Counted from the first letter of the stretch, positions 36,181-46,291 are shown. The stretch: 64,000 nucleotides of DNA from Euryarchaeota archaeon UBA62 (GCA_002502095.1 DAPJ01000005.1:156366-220365), one strand, 5' to 3'. A program made the numbers and translations. Notes: generated by a model from the sequence alone, not told the origin.

Positions 36181-38388
36181 TTAGTCCTGATAGTGAGTCT
36201 CACCTGGAATCTCCGGCTTCAGCCCCTTTCTTTCCCTAATCTCTGCTGTAACCTTCTCATACAGATTAGGTGGCAAGTGGACGAAGCCCGCATTTTCCAT
36301 ATTCCAAATCGCCCTTCCTTGGCTTGCAGCCCTAATATCATTGGAGAATCCGAATGTCTCAGCGACGGGGATTGTGCCAATTACCTTAGTAACACCATCC
36401 TCGACAGGCATGTCCTCAATTATTCCCCTTCTTGTAGAGACTTCCCTAGTAACGCCACCTATCACGTCGTTGGGGGAGTCTATCTGGATTTTCTGAATAG
36501 GTTCGAAGATTACCGGTCTTGATCTCATGAAAGCTCCCTTAACTGCGTTCCTAACTGCTGGAATAGTTTGAGCTGGTCCCCTGTGGATAGCGTCCTCGTG
36601 TAGTTTGGCATCAACAAGCCTTACCATGACCCCCATTAGAGGCTCATCAGCTACTGGTCCCTTCTTACATACATCATTGAATCCATCTATGATTAGCTCC
36701 CTAGTCTCGTGGAGATTCTGGATTCCCTTGGTATCATTCACAAGGACGTTTGTACCATTGATAGCGTATATCTTCCTCATCAAGTCCTTGTTCATGCCTA
36801 GTTCAGCGAATTGATCGCCTATTTCCTTTGCATCTTTTGATCTGACAGTTCCATCTCTGAATTCACCGGCCCTTAGTTTCTCAACGACAATGTCAGGGAG
36901 GGGCTCTGCTTCGACATAGAATCTGTTGTGCCTGTTGGGAGACTTTCCTTCGAAGGGCCTACCCTTGTTATCAGACTGAACAGATTCTCTGTAGACAACG
37001 ATTGGCTCGCTGACCTTGACCTTGATACCTTGCTCTTCTTCCAGTCTGTAAACAGTAATTTCAAGGTGCAACTCGCCCATTCCAGCTAGTAAAGCCTCAC
37101 CAGTCTCTTGGTTGGTAGATACTTCTAGTGACGCATCTGCCTTCGCGAGCCCCCTGAGTGCATCGATGAACTTGGGCAAGTCCTTCATTGACTTCGGCTC
37201 TACCGCAACAGTGACGACAGGTTCGGAGATATGTCTTATCGCTTCGAAAGGAGGAGCGTCTTTCTCCCTTGCAATTGTAACTCCTGCCGCTGCACTTCTA
37301 ATGCCTGTAATTGCGGCAATGTTTCCTGATGTCACCTCTGAGGTGGAAATTCTATCTCCACCAACCATCATACCAACCTGCTGAACTCTCTCGGCCTTGG
37401 CCGATCCTATTGCCCATACAGATTCACCATGCTTAATTCGTCCAGAATATACTCTGCCAACGGCTACCTCGCCAGCATGGGGATCCATCCATATCTTAGT
37501 TATCATTAGAGATAGGGGGCCATCGGGATCACACTCCATCATGGCCTTACCTACGCCAGACTCTAAGTCGCCTTGCCAGATGTTAGGTATTCTGTACTTC
37601 TGGGCAACTACGGGAGAGGGGTGCTTCTCAACTGTCATGTCTAGAAGGACGGTGTGGACAGGTGCTAGCTTAGCAAGTTCTTTCTGATTATCGTCGTGAC
37701 AATATTCGAAAATCTGCTTAAAGTTGATATTGCTCTTCTGCATATAGGGTATTGACATCCCCCAGTTGTAGTATGCTGATCCAAATGCCACTGTTCCTTT
37801 CTGAACAGAAACTTGCCATTCCTTGCCAAGATCCTCGGGAGCATATGTAGAGATTAGCTTGTTTACCTTGGTGATAATCTTCTCAAACCTACTCATCATC
37901 TCAGGCCCATCGATTTGTAACTCATTGATTAGTCGGTCTACCTTGTTTATGAATAGAACTGGCCTAACCTTTTCCTTCAATGCTTGTCGCACTACAGTCT
38001 CGGTTTGTGGCATTGTACCTTCGACAGCACAAGCTAGAATGATGCATCCATCAACTGCCCTCATTGCCCTGGTGACATCCCCTCCGAAATCTACGTGACC
38101 AGGTGTGTCGATGAGATTAATGAGGTAGTCTTGGCCATCAACAACGTGGACCATGGAAGCGCTAGCCGCATTGATAGTGATACCTCGGGCGCTTTCTTGC
38201 TCGTCAAAATCTAGGACCCTGGACTTGCCCGCTAGTTCTTCGGACATCATTCCTGCACCAGCAATCAGGTTGTCTGAAAGAGTAGTCTTACCGTGATCGA
38301 TATGTGCGGCTATAGCAATGTTTCTGATATGCTCGCGGTCATGCATTATCTCTGTAGCTCTCTTGATGTTGTCTTCCTTACGACCCAT
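36181..38388 (-). CDS. fusA: Translation elongation factor 2 (aEF-2)
   Basis: 735 aa with the G domain AHIDHGKTTLSD and DTPGHVDF. The diphthamide-site region is LHEDAIHRGPAQ. Confidence 0.95.
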   Translation of the reverse strand: MGRKEDNIKRATEIMHDREHIRNIAIAAHIDHGKTTLSDNLIAGAGMMSEELAGKSRVLDFDEQESARGITINAASASMVHVVDGQDYLINLIDTPGHVDFGGDVTRAMRAVDGCIILACAVEGTMPQTETVVRQALKEKVRPVLFINKVDRLINELQIDGPEMMSRFEKIITKVNKLISTYAPEDLGKEWQVSVQKGTVAFGSAYYNWGMSIPYMQKSNINFKQIFEYCHDDNQKELAKLAPVHTVLLDMTVEKHPSPVVAQKYRIPNIWQGDLESGVGKAMMECDPDGPLSLMITKIWMDPHAGEVAVGRVYSGRIKHGESVWAIGSAKAERVQQVGMMVGGDRISTSEVTSGNIAAITGIRSAAAGVTIAREKDAPPFEAIRHISEPVVTVAVEPKSMKDLPKFIDALRGLAKADASLEVSTNQETGEALLAGMGELHLEITVYRLEEEQGIKVKVSEPIVVYRESVQSDNKGRPFEGKSPNRHNRFYVEAEPLPDIVVEKLRAGEFRDGTVRSKDAKEIGDQFAELGMNKDLMRKIYAINGTNVLVNDTKGIQNLHETRELIIDGFNDVCKKGPVADEPLMGVMVRLVDAKLHEDAIHRGPAQTIPAVRNAVKGAFMRSRPVIFEPIQKIQIDSPNDVIGGVTREVSTRRGIIEDMPVEDGVTKVIGTIPVAETFGFSNDIRAASQGRAIWNMENAGFVHLPPNLYEKVTAEIRERKGLKPEIPGETHYQD

Positions 38389-38479
38389 CCTAATTCCTCA
38401 ATTGTTCTGTCCACCTGACTATGGTTCATAAATCCGATTGTGGAGAGAAGTAAAACATGACTGTAAGAGTGTAGAAGAA

Positions 38480-39097
38480 TTATCTTGCAGAAGCGGCTAC
38501 ACGCTCGATTTCTTCTCTCTTGCCTATGGAGTAAGCTGCAACATCCCCCTCGGCCGCCTTAGTTATCTCACTAACTATGCCCTGAACAAGAGTTCTCTTA
38601 CTACCAGCAGTAGCGGAGGTACATCCTATTGCGAGGTTTCTCAATGCGATATCCAATCTTCTGCTTGGTGATGAGTCTACAGCCTTAGGAGTGCTTACTG
38701 CGCCCTGCTTGATTCTGGTTATCTCTTCGCATGGTGATGCCTCAACAATGGCGTCGATGAATGACTGTAGGGGGTTCTCTCCTGTTCTACTATTGATTGA
38801 ATCTAATGCGGCTTCATATGCCTTAGCACAATGTTGCTTCTTTCCTGAGAATTTACCCGTTCTCATTAGATTATTGATGAATCTTTCAACAACGGAAAGC
38901 TTTGACTTGCCGAACCAAGCGTTAGCGTGTCGTCCTCCGCTGTGGGGCGTTCCGATAGTTGTCAGGTTGATGTAGGGCGCAAGACCGGGATCCGAGCAAG
39001 TTACTTCTGTGGCGTCCCACTTCCCAAATACCATGGTCCCGATTCCGGCAATTGGTGCTTCCATCCCAGAATCTTCATGCACTGCTTCTTCGGACAT
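38480..39097 (-). CDS. rps7: 30S ribosomal protein uS7
   Basis: 205 aa. It holds the conserved position in the S12-S7-EF2 str operon and has a typical C-terminal EEIERVAASAR-type end. Confidence 0.93.
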   Translation of the reverse strand: MSEEAVHEDSGMEAPIAGIGTMVFGKWDATEVTCSDPGLAPYINLTTIGTPHSGGRHANAWFGKSKLSVVERFINNLMRTGKFSGKKQHCAKAYEAALDSINSRTGENPLQSFIDAIVEASPCEEITRIKQGAVSTPKAVDSSPSRRLDIALRNLAIGCTSATAGSKRTLVQGIVSEITKAAEGDVAAYSIGKREEIERVAASAR

Positions 39098-39105
39098 CTC
39101 GATAC

Positions 39106-39546
39106 CTACCTTATGGGCTTCTCTTTACGGCCCCTGACCATTTCGTCCAAGGATACGCCGTTTACCTTGATGACCTTGTATCTGACACCGGGGATATCCC
39201 CATAAGATCGTCCTTTGCTACCTCCGATACCCTCGACTAATACCTCATCGTGCTCATCAATGAATGAAATTGCACCATCACCGGGTGCGAAAGCAGTAAG
39301 TCGGTTTCCAGTTTTGATCAGGCTTATCTTGACCGCTTTTCTGATTCCAGAATTAGGTTGTTTAGCCTCGAAACCCACTTTCTCCACTACAATTCCCTTG
39401 GCCTGAGTACTACCCATTAGGGGATCGTGCTTGAGGACACCGCCTCTCTGTTGCTTGAATTGTCGATCCCTAAACTTACGCTCTTTCCAGCGATATCTCT
39501 TCCTATCCGACTTCATCTTCTGCCCGGAGAAAAGACCTCTACCCAA
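39106..39546 (-). CDS. rps12: 30S ribosomal protein uS12
   Basis: 146 aa with the [15 protein letters not shown] block. The start is TTG. Confidence 0.93.
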   Translation of the reverse strand: MGRGLFSGQKMKSDRKRYRWKERKFRDRQFKQQRGGVLKHDPLMGSTQAKGIVVEKVGFEAKQPNSGIRKAVKISLIKTGNRLTAFAPGDGAISFIDEHDEVLVEGIGGSKGRSYGDIPGVRYKVIKVNGVSLDEMVRGRKEKPIR

Positions 39547-39551
39547 AGTAA

Positions 39552-39557
39552 CACCTC
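39552..39557 (-). promoter_or_regulatory. Shine-Dalgarno (GAGGTG) for rps12
   Basis: The reverse complement reads ...CUGAGGUGUUACU-UUG, with 5-nt spacing to the TTG start. Confidence 0.4.
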
Positions 39558-39636
39558 AGAATGATGTCTCGCCGACCCTCATGGGGTATAAGAGCGTGAC
39601 GGGATAGCCTCGACTTAGTGGGCCCTAGAGAGGATA

Positions 39637-40950
39637 ATGTCACCAACATTCAAGCATCTATTGACTCCGCCCCCCGATATGGCCTTCCGTGACATGCTTA
39701 GTGGCGTTCATAATGTGCAGGAATCTACTAGTGTTTTACACGGTATGATTGAAACTTCGAACAAGATGGGAGATATCCCTTTAGTTTTCAATAAAATTAC
39801 TGAGGCCCCGGGGCACAGGGCTGCTCTGAACGTTCTGGAGAAGTCAAGGTTGTGTGAGATGTTTGACATTTCACCAGGTGATTTGATAGATGTACTAGCT
39901 TGGGCGATGGAGAATCCTTCTGAGCCTGAAGTTGTGGATGCGTCTGACGCGCCTGTAATGCAATCAGGACAAGAGGAAGTAAATCTGAGTAAGATTCCCA
40001 TCCCTTGGCACTTCGAAGAGGATGGGGGCAGATATCAGTCTGCGTCAATTATAGTTGCTCAGTATTCAGGAGTACGAAACGTATCCTTCCATCGTCAATT
40101 ACTTAGGGACAGGAATCATACCGTGGCTAGGTTAGTTCCTAGGCACCTAAGGACCATCAGTGCAGAAGCAGCAGAAGCTGGTGATGATGTCCCCATTGCC
40201 GTAGTCAATGGCCCTGACCCTACTGTACTTCTGGCGGCCGCTATGTCGTTCTCGGACTATGTTGATGAATTGACCGTCGCATCTTCTTTGCACATGAGGT
40301 TGCATGGTTCTCCTCTCAAGGTCGTTATGCTCCCCAACGGGGTGATGGTTCCCGCGGACGCGGAGTATGCCATGGAGGCTAGGATAACTACTGAGAGAGA
40401 TGATGAGGGGCCATATGTAGACATTACTGGGACTGTCGATGACATTAGGCAGGAGCATGTGATTGAGTATGACCATGTACACCATCGGGTAGACCCGATT
40501 TTCCATGCTCTAATTCCTACCGGTATAGAACACAGGACATTGATGGGCATGCCGAGAGCCCCCACCATTAAGAATTCAGTTTCTAAAGTGGTTGAGTGTG
40601 TAGATGTTCACATGACAGATGGAGGTTGTGGATGGCTGTCTTCAGTAGTCCAGATTATTCCCAAGAATGAGGAGGATGGGATGCAGGCCATAGAGGCAGC
40701 TTTCAGAGGCCATCCCTCGATGAAACAGGTAGTTGTGGTCGATGAAGACATAGACATCTCAGATCCGAAAAGAGTGGAGTGGGCACTTATGACGAGATGG
40801 CAACCAGACAAAGATACCATAATCATGAGTGGACAGAGGGGATCTAGTCTCGATCCCAGCAGGACGGAGGATGGCGTAACAAGTAAAATTGGAATGGACG
40901 CTACTCTAACACCCGGTGCTGATAAATCTCCCTTTGAATCAGTTTTGTGA
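39637..40950 (+). CDS. UbiD-family (prFMN-dependent) decarboxylase, short form
   Basis: 437 aa with UbiD-like blocks, including DDEGPYVDITGTV and MTRWQPDKD. Substrate undetermined (see findings). Confidence 0.85.
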   Translation: MSPTFKHLLTPPPDMAFRDMLSGVHNVQESTSVLHGMIETSNKMGDIPLVFNKITEAPGHRAALNVLEKSRLCEMFDISPGDLIDVLAWAMENPSEPEVVDASDAPVMQSGQEEVNLSKIPIPWHFEEDGGRYQSASIIVAQYSGVRNVSFHRQLLRDRNHTVARLVPRHLRTISAEAAEAGDDVPIAVVNGPDPTVLLAAAMSFSDYVDELTVASSLHMRLHGSPLKVVMLPNGVMVPADAEYAMEARITTERDDEGPYVDITGTVDDIRQEHVIEYDHVHHRVDPIFHALIPTGIEHRTLMGMPRAPTIKNSVSKVVECVDVHMTDGGCGWLSSVVQIIPKNEEDGMQAIEAAFRGHPSMKQVVVVDEDIDISDPKRVEWALMTRWQPDKDTIIMSGQRGSSLDPSRTEDGVTSKIGMDATLTPGADKSPFESVL

Positions 40951-40957
40951 GGTTAAT

Positions 40958-41953
40958 ATGTCAGATTCAGATATTGCAGATAGTCTGCAACACCCCAGAA
41001 GGAGCCTTGGGGATAGGCATAGAAGTCAATCTCAGAAGTATGTCAACCTTGCATTGGATGAAAATGGCCGTATTATTCAAGACCGATTGGTGAACTTAAA
41101 GTGGGGGGAACAAAGCGCTAGGCAGGCTGTATTACACGATTTTACCAATCCTGAAAATTGGAAAGTTCTGATAAGGGTAAAGTCCCTACTTGGGGACTCG
41201 GAAGGGATTAGGTCCGTACTAGAAGACCTATTTTCGGTACTTGGGAGGAAACCCGAGCAACTTGAGCAGTTGGAACACATTGATTTTTTGAGCTCGGGGT
41301 ACGGTTTGCTTATCGCTTCCCTAGATGCTGATCCTCTGGATCCAGACGTTTGGTGGAAGATGGCCTGTGAATCTCAGGATGTCCTAACCGAATTTCTTGA
41401 TAGGACTAGCAAGCTCGACCTTAGGGACAGGAGAGCAAATCTACTATTCTCAAGAAGAATAGAAAGAATTCGAGATTCGGGTGATGAGGATCAATTCATT
41501 CGTCTTTCGAAGATTATCCTCGCACAGAGGCCGACTAATCATGAGGCGTGGGCATCATTAGGAAGGATGCATGAGAGGAGGAAGGAGTATAGTGATGCCT
41601 GGCTTTGCTATGATCAAGCTCAGATTTGTTTCCCCGGTAACACAGTCAGAGACGAGTTCAAATCTAGGATGGAGGCAGAGCTGGATGGGGAGCGCAAGAT
41701 GAAATGGAAGTCCCCGGGAATAGATCAGAGAGTTGATTTCCTCAGAAAGATGGAAGATATGGCGACTCCAAAAAGTGTGTATGAGAACGATGAAGAAGAT
41801 GTTGTCGAAGATCCGATTAGAGAAGTGGAGGAATTGGTTAGTGAAGGGAAGTTATCTGAAGCTTTCTTCATGACTAGACGGATGGCCGCACAAGGAGTAG
41901 AGGGGGCTCTTGAGATCAATCAAGAGTTGCGGGAGAAAATGGAGGGAGAATGA
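40958..41953 (+). CDS. Hypothetical helical-repeat (TPR-like) protein
   Basis: The ATG at 40958 lies 7 nt after the ubiD-family stop. One clearly TPR-like segment is present: HEAWASLGRMHERRKEYSDAWLCYDQAQ. Confidence 0.5.
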   Translation: MSDSDIADSLQHPRRSLGDRHRSQSQKYVNLALDENGRIIQDRLVNLKWGEQSARQAVLHDFTNPENWKVLIRVKSLLGDSEGIRSVLEDLFSVLGRKPEQLEQLEHIDFLSSGYGLLIASLDADPLDPDVWWKMACESQDVLTEFLDRTSKLDLRDRRANLLFSRRIERIRDSGDEDQFIRLSKIILAQRPTNHEAWASLGRMHERRKEYSDAWLCYDQAQICFPGNTVRDEFKSRMEAELDGERKMKWKSPGIDQRVDFLRKMEDMATPKSVYENDEEDVVEDPIREVEELVSEGKLSEAFFMTRRMAAQGVEGALEINQELREKMEGE

Positions 41954-42345
41954 TGTTCGTACTATGTTGGACCTATTCCAGCAAGGGTGAAGAGTTTGGG
42001 AATCCCTGGGTCATGGTATTGCACAAGGAGAGGGGCTGGGAGCTTCCTGGAGGGAATATCAACGATGACGAGGAATGGGATGTAGCGGCCTTGAGGGAGT
42101 TGTACGAAGAGACGGGTCTGCTGGGAACCGCTGTTTCCTATGATGATGATCTCATAGAGGGCGGAGTAGTAGTTCTTGTTGAGGTAGGACATTTACCTTT
42201 CCCTGAACCTTGGGGGTCCGATGATCCCTCGATAGAGGAAGTTGGATGGTGTATAGAAGTGCCAACAAGACTTTCTTGGGATGAAGATGAGATCTTTAGA
42301 GTGAAGAATCATGATTGGAATACTTCCAAAAGATTCGGATCCTGA
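41950..42345 (+). CDS. Nudix hydrolase
   Basis: 131 aa with the Nudix box GGNINDDEEWDVAALRELYEETGL. It has an ATGA overlap with the preceding ORF and GGAGGG just upstream. Confidence 0.8.
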   Translation: MMFVLCWTYSSKGEEFGNPWVMVLHKERGWELPGGNINDDEEWDVAALRELYEETGLLGTAVSYDDDLIEGGVVVLVEVGHLPFPEPWGSDDPSIEEVGWCIEVPTRLSWDEDEIFRVKNHDWNTSKRFGS

Positions 42346-43157
42346 ATCTCATCTTTCCTGGAGGCTATGGCATCCTTCCAAACATATCTATTCAATTTCT
42401 CTGAAGCCTCGATGATTAGCCCTATGTCTAATCTTGATTTTCCGGATAAGTCTTGAGTCAGTATTGGGAATAAGTACTCTACAATGGAAGTGATATCAGA
42501 CGGATTGGAAGGAAACGTGGTATTTCCGGGTCCATGACGTGGTTTCGCCTCTTCTATCCTAGAGGCCATAGTTGGAGAACCATCTCTTATATCATCAAGA
42601 GCCAGATCAAGCCATTCAAGAGAAGTTGCGATAGCCTCGGGAGACATTCCCAATTCGATGAATCCGGATCTGGCGGACCATAGATGCCTCATTGCAGGGC
42701 CATAGTCATTCATTGAGCTAAGAATTCTGCCCACTTCCAGCCTTGATAGTGAATTTATGTCAAGAGGATGTCCGTTATTTATCGAGATTTCAGAGTGTGT
42801 AGCTAAAGCCATCATCAGCTCACCTCGATTGGCGTGCCACGTAGCTAGATTTAGTAGAGCGAGGCCATGTACTGAAGACCCACTGGAAATGGCATTCAGC
42901 CTATCTACACACCACCTCAATTCGGAGCCAATCATCTCCTCAGGTACTGCCCCTATGAGTGCCCTCTCTATCCTGACCCTAGCCTCTATGTCGTGATTTC
43001 TCTCAGAGGAAGACCTAGATCTCTCCAGTATTGAGTCTGAGAGGACCTTGGCATCGGATGTCTTTCCCTTTGAAAGAAGAGCGAGCATGAGCTCTAAGTC
43101 ATCGCTTAGAGTACTTCCTTCAGAGTCTCTCCCTGACATGTTCTCACTGTGATTCAA
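42309..43157 (-). CDS. Hypothetical helical protein, terminal gene of the exosome/proteasome superoperon string
   Basis: 282 aa. It overlaps the prefoldin-beta gene stop by 14 nt. No family recognised. Confidence 0.5.
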   Translation of the reverse strand: MNHSENMSGRDSEGSTLSDDLELMLALLSKGKTSDAKVLSDSILERSRSSSERNHDIEARVRIERALIGAVPEEMIGSELRWCVDRLNAISSGSSVHGLALLNLATWHANRGELMMALATHSEISINNGHPLDINSLSRLEVGRILSSMNDYGPAMRHLWSARSGFIELGMSPEAIATSLEWLDLALDDIRDGSPTMASRIEEAKPRHGPGNTTFPSNPSDITSIVEYLFPILTQDLSGKSRLDIGLIIEASEKLNRYVWKDAIASRKDEIQDPNLLEVFQS

Positions 43158-43476
43158 ATGCTCTAACTAAGCTATCGTATTTTTCTCTGAGCTCGTTCTC
43201 TTTGGAGGAAAGCCTATCCATGTGTTCTTGGAAAGCACTCATAGATTGCTCTAGGTCATTCTTCAATGATTCTCTATCTTCAACCTCGAGAAGAAGGCTT
43301 CCAATGGCCCTGTAAACTGGCTTTGAGGGATTCTGTGTCGATAAGGCATCGATTGTAATTGTCAACTCACTGAGTTGGGTGGTGACATTTTGCATCTGTG
43401 CCAGCGTTGTCTGTAGGTCTTGGGCTACTGCCTTAAGGGCCTCTGCAACATCATTACTGGCGTTCATATTATTCAC
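43144..43476 (-). CDS. pfdB: Prefoldin beta subunit
   Basis: 110 aa with a coiled coil-hairpin-coiled coil layout and a central VYRAIGSLLLEV. It holds the conserved superoperon position. Confidence 0.8.
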   Translation of the reverse strand: MNNMNASNDVAEALKAVAQDLQTTLAQMQNVTTQLSELTITIDALSTQNPSKPVYRAIGSLLLEVEDRESLKNDLEQSMSAFQEHMDRLSSKENELREKYDSLVRAFESQ

Positions 43477-43711
43477 CTGATTCCTTTATGGCATTCAAAG
43501 CTTGCTCGGATGCTATTATCCCTCTCATGGTAGAATTCCATATGGCCCTAAGATCTGAAAAATTATTTGATGATATTGAGATTGAGATGATTCCATCGTC
43601 CTCGGTAAAGTCTGATTCAGTCTTTAGTCCACTGGCTATATGCTTCGCATCGGCATGTGGAAAATCTAGGAACAGAGAGATTGTACCCTCATTCTTCCTC
43701 AGAGTCGGCAA
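43469..43711 (-). CDS. pcc1: KEOPS subunit Pcc1-like protein
   Basis: 80 aa with ISLFLDFPHADAKHIASGL...ISISISSNNFSDLRAIWNSTMRGI, matching the Pcc1 pattern. The gene sits between eL43 and prefoldin beta, as in many archaea. Confidence 0.6.
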   Translation of the reverse strand: MPTLRKNEGTISLFLDFPHADAKHIASGLKTESDFTEDDGIISISISSNNFSDLRAIWNSTMRGIIASEQALNAIKESGE

Positions 43712-44057
43712 CTTCGTCCGCCTCCACTAATTTTCTCTCGAAATCAAGAGCGGCCTGCTGGGCGATAACTGCCATGTCAGTAGCTGTGGCTCCCTCCATC
43801 GATCTCCTTACCACCCTATTATTTGCATCGGAAGCTCTGGTAAAGGGCTCCCAAACTCCTCCTGTAAATGTGTAGTTGCATTTCTTGCATTCCCAGATTC
43901 CTGCGGCTTTTCTCCTGACCTTTGGATACTGACATGAGGGACATACATACTGCCTTGATTTCTTCTTCAGAGCTGATCCAGCTCTCCTCCTTACACTAAC
44001 TCCGTATCTAGATCCAAAGCGCGCTGTTAAGCCTGCTTTCTGTGTTCTTTTTGCCAT
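43689..44057 (-). CDS. rpl37ae: 50S ribosomal protein eL43 (L37Ae) with an acidic C-terminal extension
   Basis: MAKRTQKAGLTARFGSRYG with the C4 zinc ribbon CPSCQ...CKKCN. About 30 extra acidic residues at the C-terminus overlap the pcc1-like start by 23 nt. Confidence 0.9.
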   Translation of the reverse strand: MAKRTQKAGLTARFGSRYGVSVRRRAGSALKKKSRQYVCPSCQYPKVRRKAAGIWECKKCNYTFTGGVWEPFTRASDANNRVVRRSMEGATATDMAVIAQQAALDFERKLVEADEVADSEEE

Positions 44058-44069
44058 CCAAATCACCTA

Positions 44070-44843
44070 TCAGTCTACAATTTTCCTTAATTCGGCGCAC
44101 CTAGACTTGGCGTGCTCCATTATCTCTTCAAACTCGTCTGCCGTGAAGATTCCCTTTAGACCCTTCTGGAGAGAGTGGACGTGATTATCATCGCCCAGAG
44201 TAATATGAATTCTCTCATCCCCGCCCAGTTCTTCCTTGTATGATGCATCATAAACGAATCTCCCACCTACCTTGTGATAGGAGCACATAATCGGCTTTTT
44301 GGATACCTTTAGAGGTGAATCTTGACCTACTTCAAACCTCTCTGCAGGAACTATCGCGCTCCTTAGAGCGGCTATCCCTGCTAATGCGAATGCATCGAAT
44401 AGGTTACCGTCATCAGATATTGCATGAAGATCTAGAATGACCTGCCAAGCTTTTTCTCCTGGAATAATACAGAGATCGTCAACATCGATACATCCAGATT
44501 CTCTGATGCCACGATCCACAACTCTTCCCAGCTCTATTGCTTCGGGACTGGGTGGCCCAGCCTCCCAGTGTCTTCCCGCTATCGGCCTGACCTCACATGA
44601 ACACATCAAACCACCTTGATTAGGCCTGTCTGGATATGGGGTCATTAGCTGGAACTTGACTCCTGCCAATACTATTGTATTACCCATAGTGACTCTGGCA
44701 GACCCTTCGGCCCTTGGTAGAATTCCTGTTTCTAATTTGAGTTCTCTTGCTCCAAACTGTTCTCTACCATCCAGTCTAGAGTCATTTTGTGCGAGATCTG
44801 CAAGATGGTCCCTAAGTAGATTGGGGACTGTTGGGGCAGACAT
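44070..44843 (-). CDS. rrp42: Exosome complex component Rrp42 (RNase PH-like, inactive subunit)
   Basis: 257 aa with RLDGREQFGARELKLETGILPRAEGSARV. Confidence 0.9.
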   Translation of the reverse strand: MSAPTVPNLLRDHLADLAQNDSRLDGREQFGARELKLETGILPRAEGSARVTMGNTIVLAGVKFQLMTPYPDRPNQGGLMCSCEVRPIAGRHWEAGPPSPEAIELGRVVDRGIRESGCIDVDDLCIIPGEKAWQVILDLHAISDDGNLFDAFALAGIAALRSAIVPAERFEVGQDSPLKVSKKPIMCSYHKVGGRFVYDASYKEELGGDERIHITLGDDNHVHSLQKGLKGIFTADEFEEIMEHAKSRCAELRKIVD

Positions 44844-45559
44844 CAGTTGTCACCTCCCTTTAGTGCATCAATCATTAGTTTGTGGACTTCCATGGCGGCG
44901 TCTACATTGTAGTCCCAAGCCTGCTTGAATTCATCTGGCGATAAGTCGCCATCCATTTGTAGGAATACTAACTCTCCAGTGTTAGGGAGTATTCCCATAG
45001 GCAGATCTGCTTCCCCATAATTATCCTCTTCTTTGTTCAAGTCACAAACTACGACGTCGTTGACCTTGCCACTAGCTACACTGATGACCATGTCTGTCAT
45101 TGGAATTCCAGCATCAGCAAGGGCGACTGAGGCAGCAGTGAGTCCGACGCACCTGGTTCCTGCTTCCGCAGAAACAATTTCGATACTTACTCTAATCTTT
45201 GACCTTGGGTATAGCTCCAACAGTACTACGCTCTCCAGCGCGTCTTTGGTAACCTTACTTATTTCCCTACTTCGACGATTGAAGCCTGGCCTTATCCTAT
45301 CGGTCGTAGAGAAAGGCGCCATATTGTATGCGACATCTATGACTGCCCTGTCCTGACGTTGGATCTTTCTAGGGTGTGCTTCCATCGGTCCGTAAACAGC
45401 GACTATGGCCTCATTGGTACCCCAAACCATCCTGCATGAGCCATCTGCAACGGGAATTACGCCGGTTTCGATTGATATTGGCCTGAGATCTCCTGGCTTT
45501 CTGCCATCCATCCTCAGTCCGTTTTCATCAATCATCTGAACATCTCCGTAACCACCCAC
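44843..45559 (-). CDS. rrp41: Exosome complex exonuclease Rrp41 (RNase PH-like)
   Basis: 238 aa with GLRMDGRKPGDLRPISIETGV. It has 1-nt overlaps with both neighbouring genes. Confidence 0.92.
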   Translation of the reverse strand: MGGYGDVQMIDENGLRMDGRKPGDLRPISIETGVIPVADGSCRMVWGTNEAIVAVYGPMEAHPRKIQRQDRAVIDVAYNMAPFSTTDRIRPGFNRRSREISKVTKDALESVVLLELYPRSKIRVSIEIVSAEAGTRCVGLTAASVALADAGIPMTDMVISVASGKVNDVVVCDLNKEEDNYGEADLPMGILPNTGELVFLQMDGDLSPDEFKQAWDYNVDAAMEVHKLMIDALKGGDN

Positions 45560-46278
45560 TATGCATCAACTCCTATCATTTTGGCCTCTGAAGATATGCT
45601 ATTAATCCTCTTTCTGACCTCTAATATATTTTCTAGCTCTCCGTCAATCCATAGACGGCCATTATCAGCGACGACTATTCTACAGTCAGTCTGCATCTTC
45701 ATTTCCCTGAGGAAAGCCCCACCTTTTCCTATGAGCCTCCCTAAGAGATGTGGGTCTAATTCATCTAGTGCGCCCGAACGAATCTTTCTGAGACCCATTC
45801 CTTTCATTGTGACGACACTCTGGTGTGTTTCCTCGACCTCCTGAACCCTGCAAAGAATGGAGTCGCCAATGTCTAATATTTTCCTAGTACCTCCGAACTC
45901 AACCTTAGCTGGGCCGAGACTCATTGGTAGAATTGAGTTGAATGGGGCGCCTATGTCAACAAACCATATGTTGTTGGTGCACCCCTCTATATGGCCTATC
46001 ACTAAGTCTCCAGGTCTAGGCATATATCTTGTATGCAAAGGGCTAACAGAAATTGTATTTCCCTTTCTACTCATTTTTCCTTGTTTTGTCGATATGATTC
46101 TGTCACCGACGACTAAAACGCCGTGTCCAGCTTCAATCCCCTCTGATGATCCCAGGTCTTCTCCTGGCACAACGACGAGGGTACGTTGCGTGTCTCGCGG
46201 ACCGTCCGCGCTGCTCTCAATACTCATGTTATCGAGCTGCCCGACCGGCCTACTATTCATAACCGTTGATGTCGACAC
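45559..46278 (-). CDS. rrp4: Exosome RNA-binding cap subunit Rrp4 (S1 + KH)
   Basis: 239 aa with an S1 segment (PGDLVIGHIEG...WFVDIG) and a KH segment (LIGKGGAFLREMKMQTDCRIVVADNGRLWI). Confidence 0.9.
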   Translation of the reverse strand: MSTSTVMNSRPVGQLDNMSIESSADGPRDTQRTLVVVPGEDLGSSEGIEAGHGVLVVGDRIISTKQGKMSRKGNTISVSPLHTRYMPRPGDLVIGHIEGCTNNIWFVDIGAPFNSILPMSLGPAKVEFGGTRKILDIGDSILCRVQEVEETHQSVVTMKGMGLRKIRSGALDELDPHLLGRLIGKGGAFLREMKMQTDCRIVVADNGRLWIDGELENILEVRKRINSISSEAKMIGVDA

Positions 46279-46291
46279 CTACGGTGGGAAG

